From: an uncultured Bacteroidales bacterium
GTDB taxonomy: Bacteria; Bacteroidota; Bacteroidia; Bacteroidales; Bacteroidaceae
Direction: 5' to 3'
NCBI GenBank assembly: GCA_902778265.1
Contig: CACYXI010000010.1
Coordinates: forward strand, 985-64,984
Length of the DNA: 64,000 bases
Positions 41,071-51,730 of the stretch are shown piece after piece. Every line of letters begins with the position of its first letter. Within the stretch, counting starts at the first letter, position 1. Both the position numbers and the translations under genes were made by a program. The notes below the pieces were generated by a model, which saw only the letters and a program-made list of their open reading frames with translations, was not told the origin of the DNA and made no database searches.

Positions 41071-41089
41071 CATACAGGTCGGAAAGTAA

Positions 41090-42616
41090 TTAGAACGGGA
41101 ATACTATTGTTGTGATAAAGATATTGGCAACAAGAATGATAAGGTTCATAATGAGACCAACTTTCAGGAAATCGCTGAACTTATATCCTCCTGGCACATA
41201 GACGAGGGTGTGGGTAGGAGATCCGATAGGAGTTGCGAAACTTGAACTTGCTGCTATCATCAGGGCTACGCAGAAGGTTAGTGGATTTACTCCCAATGCC
41301 AATGCTGCCGACATCGCGATTGGATAGAACATGGCTCCTGCTGCCGTATTGGAGATAAACTCGGTGATGAAAGTAGCCACGAGGCACATACAGAACAATA
41401 CAATGTACGGATTAGTACCGCATACTTCGAGCAATCCGTTGGCTATTGCCTGAGCTATGCCTGTCTGTTCTATTGCTTTTCCGATACAGACGCTACCTGC
41501 AAAGACTATGATGATGTTCCAGTCGATTGACTTCATAGCCTGTGCCGATGTGCAGCAACGGGTGATGATCATGGCTACTGCCGCCAAGAGACAACAGTTG
41601 AGCAATGGCAGTACCTTGAATGCGGAGAGCACAACCATAGTGATGAGAATCAGGGTTGAGACAATACCTTTCTTTGAAGTCTTTTCGCTATCTTCCATAG
41701 CTGCACTTTCAAGAACACCGTCAAGGTTCGGACATTGCATACCGCACTCGTTCACGCATCTGAGAATGTTCTTTGGAGTACCTATTGCATAGAGGCTGTC
41801 GCCGCCCATGATAAACTCGTCTGCCGATACCGGATATACAAGCTCATGGTCGAAACGCTGTATGGCAGAGATGATAATGTGGTTTGTCTTCAGATTGTAT
41901 TTCCTGCTCAGTTCCTCTACTGTCATGCCGATGGCAGGATGATTTGATGGCACTACGAGCTCTACGTTGAGGTCGTCCATGCTTGATGAGTGCATAGGCG
42001 ATTTCCTTTCGGGCAGAAGTTTTTGCATGGCTATCATACTCAACACTCCTACGGTAAGACAGAACAATCCGCATAGGGTAGGGGTGAGAATACTCAGTTT
42101 TATGCCTGTCTCTTCTGTGTAGAGACCGGAAATGATAAGGTTAGGAGGTGTACCGATGAGGGTACAGATACCACCCATACCAGAGGCATAGCTCAATGGG
42201 ATGAGCAGTTTTGATGGAGAGATGTGAAGTTTTTGCGACCAGAGTTTTACCACATTAATAAATAGGGCAACGACGGTAGTATTGCTGAGCAAAGAACTGA
42301 GTACGGCAACGGGGAGCATCAATCGGGTAATGGCTCCTGTAAGTGTCTTCGGAGTTCCCATTAGGTTCTTCACCGTCCAGTTGAGCACGCCTGTATAGTT
42401 CAGACCCGCAATAACGACAAACAGTACTCCTACCACTACTACGGATTCTGACGAGAAACCGCTAAATGTGGTCTTGGCATCAAGTACGCCGCCACAGAGA
42501 AGGGCGACCATTACGGCAAGGAAGGCTACTTCCGTGCGAATCTTGGTAAGCGAGAGTGAAATGAACATGGTGAGCACGACAAAGATAGTGTACCATGCCT
42601 GAAAATTTAGTTCCAT
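41090..42616 (-). CDS. SLC13/DASS family permease with a TrkA-C domain
   Basis: LSNTTVV, TLIGTPPNL, TEFISNTA, FATPIGSP. Confidence 0.92.
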   Translation of the reverse strand: MELNFQAWYTIFVVLTMFISLSLTKIRTEVAFLAVMVALLCGGVLDAKTTFSGFSSESVVVVGVLFVVIAGLNYTGVLNWTVKNLMGTPKTLTGAITRLMLPVAVLSSLLSNTTVVALFINVVKLWSQKLHISPSKLLIPLSYASGMGGICTLIGTPPNLIISGLYTEETGIKLSILTPTLCGLFCLTVGVLSMIAMQKLLPERKSPMHSSSMDDLNVELVVPSNHPAIGMTVEELSRKYNLKTNHIIISAIQRFDHELVYPVSADEFIMGGDSLYAIGTPKNILRCVNECGMQCPNLDGVLESAAMEDSEKTSKKGIVSTLILITMVVLSAFKVLPLLNCCLLAAVAMIITRCCTSAQAMKSIDWNIIIVFAGSVCIGKAIEQTGIAQAIANGLLEVCGTNPYIVLFCMCLVATFITEFISNTAAGAMFYPIAMSAALALGVNPLTFCVALMIAASSSFATPIGSPTHTLVYVPGGYKFSDFLKVGLIMNLIILVANIFITTIVFPF

Positions 42617-42842
42617 AGTCTGATTATTTTTAATAAGTTGTAAGATCTATTTTCTAATGCAAGACGCAAAGGCATGGTTAGTGCCTCCGCGTCCTGAATA
42701 TCGTTGGAATAAATAAATTTGATTTGTTCTTGCAAAGATATGAAATCTTGAACGAAAAAGAGAAGAAAATGGATGGAAAATGCAAGAAATGCAGTTATTT
42801 CTCCAATTTTGCTAAGCAAAGTTTGCAAAAACGCTCGAAAGT

Positions 42843-43633
42843 TTACTTTTCTGTAAGCGTGATAAGTGAATAAACTGGATAGCCATATCGACTTGTCCTG
42901 TCACCTTTATAATCCTTGATTTTTGAAATGTTGTCGTTCCATTCCCAGGATTCGTCACAAACATCTCTAAAACCTTTGCACAGTAACTTATTTGGCGCTA
43001 TCCATTTAATAGAGCCGTTGTTATTCTCACCGCCAAACTCTTCAAATGCCCAATGATAATTGATGTATTGACCGACATACACCATTCTTTTTGAGGATTT
43101 GTCAAAGAGATAAAACCTGCATAAATACCATTCTTAGCGTACGAAGAACCTTGCGAATCCATAATCGTCGTGTCAGCCTTGTTGCCCATTGCCATAAACG
43201 AAATGTCACCAATATAATAGGTTTTGACCTCGTATTGGTCAGTTTGCTTATAGTAGGAGATACCTATAATCTCGGCAGGTTCAGAGTAATCCGCATTTTC
43301 TCCATCGTTTAAGTATTTTTTAAGATACTTACCGATTTCTGTAGATGGGTTTTGTGCCATAGATATTAATTCTTGGGCTTTTGCAGATTTCATGTCTATC
43401 TTCTGATGCTCCATTTCGTAGGAAAGGCATTTGAGGCTGTCATATTCCTTTTGCGTAATGTACTGGAATGAACAATCATACATGCCATTGTCTGGAAGGA
43501 AACAAGAGCCACCATTTGCCTGAACTTTCTGGTACGGATCTTCTTCCGGAACGTATTCTATGATGTTCTGGTTCTTACAAGCAATGAAAAGCAATGCGGA
43601 GATGCCCAATATGATTTTTCTCATTATTTTCAT
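42843..43633 (-). pseudogene. Hypothetical lipoprotein, frameshifted near 43105
   Basis: Lipobox FIAC; the second frame continues FDKSSKRMVYVGQYINYHW to 42843. Confidence 0.6.
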
Positions 43634-44076
43634 AATTTCAACAAAGCCTTGCATCCTTCTAGAATATCCCGATAGGTGGTCTCAAAGTCGCCTGTGTACC
43701 AGGGATCGGCAACGTCGTGCGGATTATCGGTAAGGTCGAGAAGTCGGATGACCTTATGCTGGGTGTCCTCGCCTATGGTATAGCGCAAATTACGGATGTT
43801 ATGCTGATCCATACAGATAATCATATCATAATAGGCATACTCGCTACGGGTTATCTGATGTGCCTCATGCCCTTTGCAATTTATGCCATGCTCAGCAAGT
43901 TTCCTGCGAGCTGGGGGATAGACAGGCTCACCGATTTCCTCGGTACTGGTAGCTGCAGACGATATTTCAAATTCGTCTGCACGACCAGCCTCTTCCACCA
44001 TACTGCGGAACATATACTCTGCCATCGGACTTCTGCAAATATTTCCGTGGCATACGAACATTATTTTCTTACTCAT
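43630..44076 (-). CDS. Low-molecular-weight protein-tyrosine phosphatase
   Basis: VCHGNICRSPMAE P-loop, DPWY. Confidence 0.95.
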   Translation of the reverse strand: MSKKIMFVCHGNICRSPMAEYMFRSMVEEAGRADEFEISSAATSTEEIGEPVYPPARRKLAEHGINCKGHEAHQITRSEYAYYDMIICMDQHNIRNLRYTIGEDTQHKVIRLLDLTDNPHDVADPWYTGDFETTYRDILEGCKALLKL

Positions 44077-44117
44077 ACAATTTGGAGAGTAAATTTGGCT
44101 TGCGCCATTTTTTTTTA

Positions 44118-44250
44118 GAAAGTAAATGGGAAATAAATTAATTCAGTAAATTATAATCAGTAAATTATATTTTTGAGAAGAAAATTTCCGACATAATAAT
44201 TTACTGGCTATAATTTACTGGTTTAATTTACCCCTAATTTACTTTCCAAA
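44118..44250. repeat. AGTAAAT / ATTTACT inverted short-repeat array
   Basis: CAGTAAATTATA units facing TAATTTACTG units. Confidence 0.7.
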
Positions 44251-44294
44251 ATTCCAAAGAAAAGCCCCACGCAAGTGGAGCCTTTCCTTCGCAT

Positions 44295-47200
44295 TTATTC
44301 ATAATCCTGCCAAGACTTGATCTGCAGGTCGTTCTCGCTCATAGAGCAGAATGCCTCGATGAATGCAGATGCAAGACGGGCGTTGGTAATCAATGGGATG
44401 TTGTGGTCGATAGCACCACGACGTATCTTATAGCCATTGGTCAACTCGCGCTTGGTGTGGTTCTTAGGGATGTTCACGATAAGGTCGAACTTATGGTCGT
44501 GTATCATATCCATCACGTTAGGAACACCGCTTCCTGACTCGTCAGGCCATCCAACAGCTATTGCCTTCGCACCATTCTCGTTGAGATACTTGGCTGTGCC
44601 TTCTGAAGCATAAACCGTGTAGCCTGCCTTTACGAGAGCCAATGCAGGGTCAAGCAGAGAAGCCTTTTCCTTCGCACCACCGCTTGAGAGCATGATGCCC
44701 TTGTCCTTTGACGGAATCTTGTAGCCGGTAGCGATGAGTGAGTTGAGAAGAGCCTCCTCGAAGGTATCGCCCATACATCCAACCTCACCTGTAGAGCTCA
44801 TATCAACGCCGAGGATTGGGTCAGCATTCTGCAAGCGAGCGAATGAGAACTGAGAAGCCTTAACGCCCATGCGGTCGATGTCGAACACGAGTTTGTCTGG
44901 CTTAGCGTATGGAGCATCAAGCATGATCTTTGTGGCTGTCTCGATGAAGTTGCGTTTCAATACCTTGCTGACGAATGGGAACGAGCGAGAAGCACGGAGG
45001 TTACACTCGATAACCTTGATGTCGCTGCCCTTGGCAAGATACTGGATGTTGAAAGGACCTGAGATGTTGAGTTCCTTGGCAATGGCGCGAGAGATCTTCT
45101 TGATCTGACGAGCCTGAGCGAATGTGATATTCTGTGCAGGGAATACCATTGTAGCATCACCTGAGTGAACACCGGCATACTCCACATGCTCTGAGATACC
45201 ATATTCCACAACCTCACCGTTCTGTGCAACAGCGTCAAACTCAATCTCGTTCGTCTCTGTCATGAACTGAGAGATAACGACTGGGTACTCCTTGCTGACC
45301 TCAGAAGCCATCTGGAGGAAGCGCACAAGTTCCTCGTTGTTGTAGCATACGTTCATGGCTGCGCCAGAGAGTACGTAAGATGGGCGAACAAGCACGGGGA
45401 ATCCAACGCGCTCTACGAATGCATTCACGTCTTCCATGCTTGTGAGGGCGCTCCATTGTGGCTGGTCGATGCCGAGCTTGTCGAGCATGGCAGAGAACTT
45501 ACCACGGTTCTCGGCACGGTCGATAGACACAGGACTTGTTCCGAGGATAGGCACAGACTGACGATGCAGCTTCATAGCGAGGTTGTTAGGAATCTGACCA
45601 CCAACGGAAACAATCACGCCGCGAGGGTTCTCAAGGTCGATGACATCAAGCACGCGCTCGAATGAGAGTTCATCGAAATAGAGACGGTCACACATATCAT
45701 AATCGGTAGAAACCGTTTCAGGGTTATAGTTGATCATGATACTCTTGTAGCCGAGCTTACGAGCTGTGTTAATGGCATTTACTGAGCACCAGTCGAACTC
45801 TACGGAAGAACCGATGCGGTATGCACCAGAACCGAGTACGATAACCGATTTCTCATTATTATAATAGTTGATGTCATGTCCTTTAACTGCGTATGTCATG
45901 TAGAGGTAGTTGGTGAGGTCTGGATGCTCACTTGCAACTGTTGGGATACGCTTAACGGCAGGGAGAATGCCGAGCTTCTTACGTTGAGCACGAACAGCAA
46001 GGTTCTCCTTCTCCATATTGCCTTCCTTGACCTTGAGCACGAAACGTGCAATCTGGAAGTCTGAGAAGCCCATCACCTTTGCCTGACGCAATACATCGGC
46101 TGAAAGTTCCTCAAGTGAATTGTAGCCTTCGAGCTTATGCTTGTAATCCACGATATTCTTCATGCGCTCAATGAACCAAGGATCAATCTTGGTGAGGTCG
46201 AAGAGTCGCTCTATTGTGTAGCCTTCCTCAAGAGCCTGGGCAATGGCGAAGATACGGAGGTCTGTTGGGTTGGCAAGTTCCTCGTCGAGATTGTCGAACT
46301 TGATATGGTCGTTGCCCACGAAACCGTGCATTCCCTGACCAATCATACGGAGACCCTTCTGAAGCATTTCCTCAAAAGAGCGGCCGATAGACATAATCTC
46401 GCCCACAGACTTCATGGAAGAACCGATCTTACGGCTTACGCCTGTGAACTTGGTGAGGTCCCAACGTGGAATCTTACAGATGAGATAGTCGAGTGAAGGC
46501 GCTACGTATGCAGAGTTTGTTGTACCCATCTCGCCAATCTGGTCGAGGGTATAGCCGAGGGCAATCTTTGCAGCAACGAAGGCGAGAGGATAGCCGGTAG
46601 CCTTTGATGCGAGAGCAGAAGAACGGCTCAGACGAGCGTTAATCTCGATGATACGGTAGTCGTTTGTATCTGCGTTGAAAGCATACTGAATGTTACACTC
46701 ACCCACGATGTTCAGGTGACGAACGCACTTAACTGCGAGTTCCTGAAGCATCTTTACCTGATCATCACGAAGAGAGCAGGTCGGAGCCACAACGATTGAC
46801 TCACCCGTGTGAATGCCGAGTGGGTCGAAGTTTTCCATTGAAGCAACAGTAAAGCAATGGTCGTTGGCATCACGGATAACCTCGAACTCAATCTCCTTCC
46901 AGCCTTTCAGAGACTCCTCTACAAGTACCTGTGGAGCGAAGGTGAAGGCTGATTCTGCAATCTCGATGAAGGTCTTCTCGTCAGGACAAACGCCTGAGCC
47001 AAGACCGCCGAGAGCGTATGCTGAACGTATCATGATAGGGTAGCCGATGCTACGAGCTGCAGCTACTGCCTCTTCCATAGTCTCGCAAGCCTGTGATACT
47101 GGCACCTTGAGATCTACCTTGTTCAGCTCCTTTACAAAGAGGTCACGGTCCTCGGTGTTCATGATAGCCTCTACGCTTGTACCGAGCACCTCTACGCCGT

Positions 47201-47525
47201 ACTCCTTGAGCACACCGCTCTGATAAAGAGCCGTACCTACGTTAAGACCAGTCTGACCGCCCCAGGCAAGCATGATGCCGTCTGGACGCTCCTTCTTTAT
47301 TATCTCCGTGATAAAGTGTGGTGTGATAGGTAGGAAATACACCTTGTCGGCAATACCCTCACTTGTCTGGATGGTTGCTACGTTAGGGTTTACGAGTACT
47401 GACTTGATGCCTTCCTCACGCAAAGCCTTGAGTGCCTGACTACCAGAGTAGTCGAACTCACCAGCCTGTCCAATCTTTAGTGCGCCGGAACCTAATACCA
47501 GCACCTTCTTCAACTGTTTCTTCAT
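44295..47525 (-). CDS. carB: Carbamoyl-phosphate synthase large subunit
   Basis: IGQAGEFDYSG, RLSRSSALASKATGYP, IGSSVEFD, MGS-like C-terminus. Confidence 0.98.
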   Translation of the reverse strand: MKKQLKKVLVLGSGALKIGQAGEFDYSGSQALKALREEGIKSVLVNPNVATIQTSEGIADKVYFLPITPHFITEIIKKERPDGIMLAWGGQTGLNVGTALYQSGVLKEYGVEVLGTSVEAIMNTEDRDLFVKELNKVDLKVPVSQACETMEEAVAAARSIGYPIMIRSAYALGGLGSGVCPDEKTFIEIAESAFTFAPQVLVEESLKGWKEIEFEVIRDANDHCFTVASMENFDPLGIHTGESIVVAPTCSLRDDQVKMLQELAVKCVRHLNIVGECNIQYAFNADTNDYRIIEINARLSRSSALASKATGYPLAFVAAKIALGYTLDQIGEMGTTNSAYVAPSLDYLICKIPRWDLTKFTGVSRKIGSSMKSVGEIMSIGRSFEEMLQKGLRMIGQGMHGFVGNDHIKFDNLDEELANPTDLRIFAIAQALEEGYTIERLFDLTKIDPWFIERMKNIVDYKHKLEGYNSLEELSADVLRQAKVMGFSDFQIARFVLKVKEGNMEKENLAVRAQRKKLGILPAVKRIPTVASEHPDLTNYLYMTYAVKGHDINYYNNEKSVIVLGSGAYRIGSSVEFDWCSVNAINTARKLGYKSIMINYNPETVSTDYDMCDRLYFDELSFERVLDVIDLENPRGVIVSVGGQIPNNLAMKLHRQSVPILGTSPVSIDRAENRGKFSAMLDKLGIDQPQWSALTSMEDVNAFVERVGFPVLVRPSYVLSGAAMNVCYNNEELVRFLQMASEVSKEYPVVISQFMTETNEIEFDAVAQNGEVVEYGISEHVEYAGVHSGDATMVFPAQNITFAQARQIKKISRAIAKELNISGPFNIQYLAKGSDIKVIECNLRASRSFPFVSKVLKRNFIETATKIMLDAPYAKPDKLVFDIDRMGVKASQFSFARLQNADPILGVDMSSTGEVGCMGDTFEEALLNSLIATGYKIPSKDKGIMLSSGGAKEKASLLDPALALVKAGYTVYASEGTAKYLNENGAKAIAVGWPDESGSGVPNVMDMIHDHKFDLIVNIPKNHTKRELTNGYKIRRGAIDHNIPLITNARLASAFIEAFCSMSENDLQIKSWQDYE

Positions 47526-47908
47526 TGGTTTCTTTATTTTGTAGAATAAAATTGGTTTGTTTAAGATTGAGAATTCCGGGACAAAGTTATAAGAAAAATA
47601 TGAGAATAAAGAAGGAATAACGTTAAACTATCATAACAAATCAGCAATAAAACGCTCGTGTTTTCAACTGATGTAGGGTAGGGGTAACTCCCATCAAACT
47701 CAGAACCAAACTCGATGAAAGTCCGTTCTATGTCCGCTATTATAGCGGAGGTTCATCGAGTTTGGTTCGGAAGATCAAGGGAGGATCATTGGAGAATGAA
47801 CAGCCCTAAGGGCATAACAATGTGGATGAATTAAATCTAAATACAAATGCAATTTGAAAAACAAATTTTTTATAAAAATCACATCATTTAAGTAAGTGAT
47901 CAAATTTG

Positions 47909-48087
47909 TTTTATAATCAAGAATTAGAGAATTTGGGAAAATTGAATTAATGCGAAAGAGAGAAGTTTTTGCTACTTGCGTAGCATTGAGAATGACCGTG
48001 ATTAACAGGAGCGTAAGCGACCGTTCTCTAATTCTTCTAAAATTCAAAAGAAAAAAATCTCTAATTCTCTAATTCTTGATTATAAAA
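47909..48087. repeat. 25-bp perfect inverted repeat downstream of the Rpn gene
   Basis: TTTTATAATCAAGAATTAGAGAATT (47909-47933) and its reverse complement (48063-48087). Confidence 0.85.
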
Positions 48088-48126
48088 ATATTTCTGCGCA
48101 TCTACTTACGAGAGAATAGACCTATG

Positions 48127-49029
48127 TCATAGATCATTTATCTCTTCTTCAGAAAGTCCTGTCATTTTTGCTATAAGAGAAACAGCAAGTCCTTCTTTCT
48201 TCATATTTAGAGCGGTTTTGGTAATGCCCTCCTTAATGCCCTCCTTAATGCCCTCTTTGATGCCTTCTGCACGACCTTCTGCACGACCTTGTGCATGACC
48301 TTCGGCATGTCCCTGACGAAAATATCCCTTCATAAGCGTTCTCTCGCTTACGATCTCGTCCCAGAACTTGTCGTATGCCATACGTTGGGCATCGGTGTAT
48401 GCTGACTGTTCTACAATTCCGACCGCTTTGCTGATGTACTCATTCTCCATCATCTCCGCAGGTATTTCCTTTGTCTGCTCATTTATCTCGGTGAGGAAGC
48501 GCAGCCAGAGCACCATCATCTTCTTGTCGCTAACATTTGACGGGCGGAACTTAGGCAACTCAAGGAAAATCGTCTCAAAGCCCTTTATAGTATTCTCTGG
48601 ATGCTCGATATTTGCAGGCACATAACGATGGTAGAACTCGTCCTTTAGGTTCGGGAAGGCAATATCATTAATTATACTGACACAATATACCTGACGCTGT
48701 TCGTCATATCCCTCCCCTTTCTCAAGCGGACGGACATATGCCTTTGACGTATTGAAGAGTGCACGTTGCAGGAAATCCTCCGTCCAATACATCTGCATCT
48801 CCACAATAAACTGACGATTGTGATTGTCCGTACAGCGAACATCCACAATAGAGTATTTCTTTGCAGGATTCTCAGGAACCATTTCTGGAGACAGATATTC
48901 CAAAGACTCAATCTCCGTACCCTCTTTCAACGGAAGCACGGCATTGAGGAAACTCTGGAGCAAATCTTTCTGCTCACCAAACACCTTCTTGAAGGTTAAA
49001 TCTGCCTTTGGATCAAGATATTTTGCCAT
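48127..49029 (-). CDS. Rpn family PD-(D/E)xK nuclease ('putative transposase')
   Basis: YLDPKADLTFKKVFG, IVDVRC...FIVEMQ, LELPKF, C-terminal EGRA/EGIK repeats and IAKMTGLS. Confidence 0.92.
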   Translation of the reverse strand: MAKYLDPKADLTFKKVFGEQKDLLQSFLNAVLPLKEGTEIESLEYLSPEMVPENPAKKYSIVDVRCTDNHNRQFIVEMQMYWTEDFLQRALFNTSKAYVRPLEKGEGYDEQRQVYCVSIINDIAFPNLKDEFYHRYVPANIEHPENTIKGFETIFLELPKFRPSNVSDKKMMVLWLRFLTEINEQTKEIPAEMMENEYISKAVGIVEQSAYTDAQRMAYDKFWDEIVSERTLMKGYFRQGHAEGHAQGRAEGRAEGIKEGIKEGIKEGITKTALNMKKEGLAVSLIAKMTGLSEEEINDL

Positions 49030-49319
49030 AATGAAGCCTTTCTTGTTATTCTTTGCAAAGATACAAACTTTTTCTTGTTTCTCCAAGAAAAAACGCTTTT
49101 TTTTCGTTTTGCCCAAGAAGTCCCAAGTATCTTCTTCCACTCATCCTCCTAACCAAACTCGTTGAAGCTCCGCTATAAAATTGCCTCTTCACCGACTTTG
49201 CACCGACTTTGCACCGACTTTGGTACGGAGGAAGAGCGAAGGATCATAGGAAGAAGAACGGCCATACAAGCATAGGAATAATAATGTCACTTAATTCGTT
49301 TTGCGGAATGAATTTTTTT

Positions 49320-49591
49320 TTCAATGTGGTGATAAATTCCCGAAAAGCATTTTGCAAGTCCTGTAAGAAGGACGGCATACCCTAGGATAGGGTGCAACCC
49401 TATCTATTGGTGCGGATTGAGAACAAAAGCTCTGTCAGGGCGACATAATTTCGTATTTATCAGCACGATATGAATTATATTGCACCTACGGCGCTCTTGG
49501 AAATATGGATATATATGATACGTGGGTTACACCCACGCCTATACTATTTCGCCTCTACAATGCTTTTTCGTGAACTTATCACCACATTGAA
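49320..49591. mobile_element. Family B element, copy 2 (inverted)
   Basis: Same 16-bp TIRs and internal hairpins as 26080-26348. Confidence 0.85.
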
Positions 49592-49626
49592 AAATTTTTT
49601 CCATTCATAAATGGAATCCCACAAGT

Positions 49627-51195
49627 CTATTTCAGCATTTCATCCCATTTGGTCAAGAAATCCGACTCCTTGAAATAATTGTGCAAAACAGAGAGAACCT
49701 TTTTGGCATAATCCATTGAGCCTAATTGATACAGACCTTGCATTGCACCTTCAAATAATCGCTCGTCTGTGAATGTATTATCCTGTATTGGGAGATTAAA
49801 TTCTTTCAACCATTGTTGTCCTTTGGTTTCTGATCCACGCTCGGCTGCTGCAAGCGCAGCTTCGTAAATAGATGTTTCATCGCGAAGGTTTAAGGCTGTT
49901 TCAAACAGAAGTAAATACATGTCTTTGCGGTCTGGATTTGCCTTTAGGCATTTCTTCTCCCAATCTAATGCCTTTTGGAAATTCGCATCGCCAGTAAGAC
50001 CTTCATCCCCAGGTTCCCATTTCCTGACGGTGACTTTGCCAAGACCTATGTCTTCAAGTTCCGTTAAAGCATTTTGATCTTGCGCTTCCCTTACTTTCTG
50101 CAGTTCCAATTTAGCGAGGGCATTATGGAATATCGCGCGACATTTCATCATGTCGGCATTATCAGGCTCTTCCTTTTCCCATTGAGCAAGTTTTTTTTCA
50201 ATTTTTGCAGAATCATTTTCTTCGTATTCCATACTCATGGATAGCATGGAAATCTCCTTGTAGCGACTTGTATCAACCTTTTTCCCGTTTACTTCAATTA
50301 CCTTTTCTGAATATAATGGGCCTAATGACTTAACCGTTTGCTCAGCTTCAGGATCTCCACAAAATTCCAGTTTCTTGGCAAGTTCCAATACTCGATCCAC
50401 ATTCTTTAGTCGTAGGTGGCAAACAAGTAGGTATGCCATCAATCTATAATTGGTAGAATCGACAGCAACGGCTTTTTCATAGTATTCCATCGCCTTGTCT
50501 ATCTGCATTATATTCTCATAACATGCTCCCTTCAGCATTATGAACATTGCATTTTGTGGATAGATTTCGATTGCACGGTCAAGCATCCGTTCTGCCAACT
50601 CATATTCAGCACCTTCTAATAACGAATTAGTCTGTTGGTAGATCAATTCTTCTACCTTAACACTATCATTCTGCTTTAAGGCATAGTTTAGCCATTTTCC
50701 ATTATTCTTTATGCTTTGATCAAGAAACTTGAAGACAACCTTAGTACTATACTTGAACTCTTTCTTATGATTGAGAATTTCGATATAGTTGTAATAAGCC
50801 TCTGCAATATCAGGGTATTCATTGATACATTTCTCCATCCATTCCACGGACTTATTGAATAGTTCCATGCCATTGCCCTTATCCTTCATTATGCGGTAAC
50901 TCTTGACTTGCATGTTCAGCATAGCAGAATTTTGTATTTCTAACAAATCATCTGATTCCTCAATCTGTTTTGCTGACATCATCCAGAACATTGTGGCATA
51001 GCTACAATATAATTCAGGATCCTTGGGACTTTCCTTTTCCCATTTTGTCAGTACCTCGTTGGCTTTTTCAATATTGCCTGCAATCAACTCTTCTTTGAAT
51101 TTTTGGTAATTCTCACTTGAATATGTCATCTCCTGTGCAAACAAGGCAGATGCCATAATCATAAAAAGAAATAAAGAAAATAATTTTGGTTTCAT
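49627..51195 (-). CDS. Exported tetratricopeptide-repeat protein
   Basis: Signal peptide, TPR-like units (AERMLDRAIEIYP, AMEYYEKAVAVD), internally duplicated halves. Confidence 0.8.
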   Translation of the reverse strand: MKPKLFSLFLFMIMASALFAQEMTYSSENYQKFKEELIAGNIEKANEVLTKWEKESPKDPELYCSYATMFWMMSAKQIEESDDLLEIQNSAMLNMQVKSYRIMKDKGNGMELFNKSVEWMEKCINEYPDIAEAYYNYIEILNHKKEFKYSTKVVFKFLDQSIKNNGKWLNYALKQNDSVKVEELIYQQTNSLLEGAEYELAERMLDRAIEIYPQNAMFIMLKGACYENIMQIDKAMEYYEKAVAVDSTNYRLMAYLLVCHLRLKNVDRVLELAKKLEFCGDPEAEQTVKSLGPLYSEKVIEVNGKKVDTSRYKEISMLSMSMEYEENDSAKIEKKLAQWEKEEPDNADMMKCRAIFHNALAKLELQKVREAQDQNALTELEDIGLGKVTVRKWEPGDEGLTGDANFQKALDWEKKCLKANPDRKDMYLLLFETALNLRDETSIYEAALAAAERGSETKGQQWLKEFNLPIQDNTFTDERLFEGAMQGLYQLGSMDYAKKVLSVLHNYFKESDFLTKWDEMLK

Positions 51196-51295
51196 AATTT
51201 GCAAAATTAATAGAAATAAATGAGAATGAAGAAGAAATAACGTTAAATATAATAAAGTGGGTTCGTCGATTTTTCAATCTGTATGTTGTTGAAAA

Positions 51296-51452
51296 ACACG
51301 TGATTGAAGAAGCTCTGAAAGAGCGACACCTAACAGGGCGGTTCGTAAGAGCCGTTATTATGAATGTTATAGTAATCTGAGGTCTGAAGGACCGACACCT
51401 ATTGTATTTATTAGGTGTCGCTCTTTCTGTGCTAATTCATAGAACTTACGTT
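51296..51452. mobile_element. Shorter family A element
   Basis: ACCTAACAGGGC.GT.CGTAAG and GAGGTCTGAAGGACCGACACCT shared with 24796-25026; right end TTCATAGAACTTACGTT. Confidence 0.7.
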
Positions 51453-51730
51453 AATAACCGATAAAAAGCAAGTTGCAGAATATCCCGACTTTAATTGTAA
51501 CAAGGTGAAATAAAAACGCAAGAATAATGATTGCATATTTGTAAAACATGTTGCAAAACATTGTTTATTTACATTTAAATGCTAAAAATTGCAAAGCGGA
51601 GTTTGCAAAAGTGCGCCATAAAGCAGAAAAAAGGAAGTTTTCAGAAAAAAAAAGCAAGAATTTCTTGCAATATCGAACTATTTTACTAATTTTGTAGTCA
51701 ATAAAAAACCTTATTAACACCATTTAAGTT

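Noticed and set aside
44295-47525. carB without adjacent carA
   Set aside because: carA may be elsewhere in the genome; nothing here indicates novelty.
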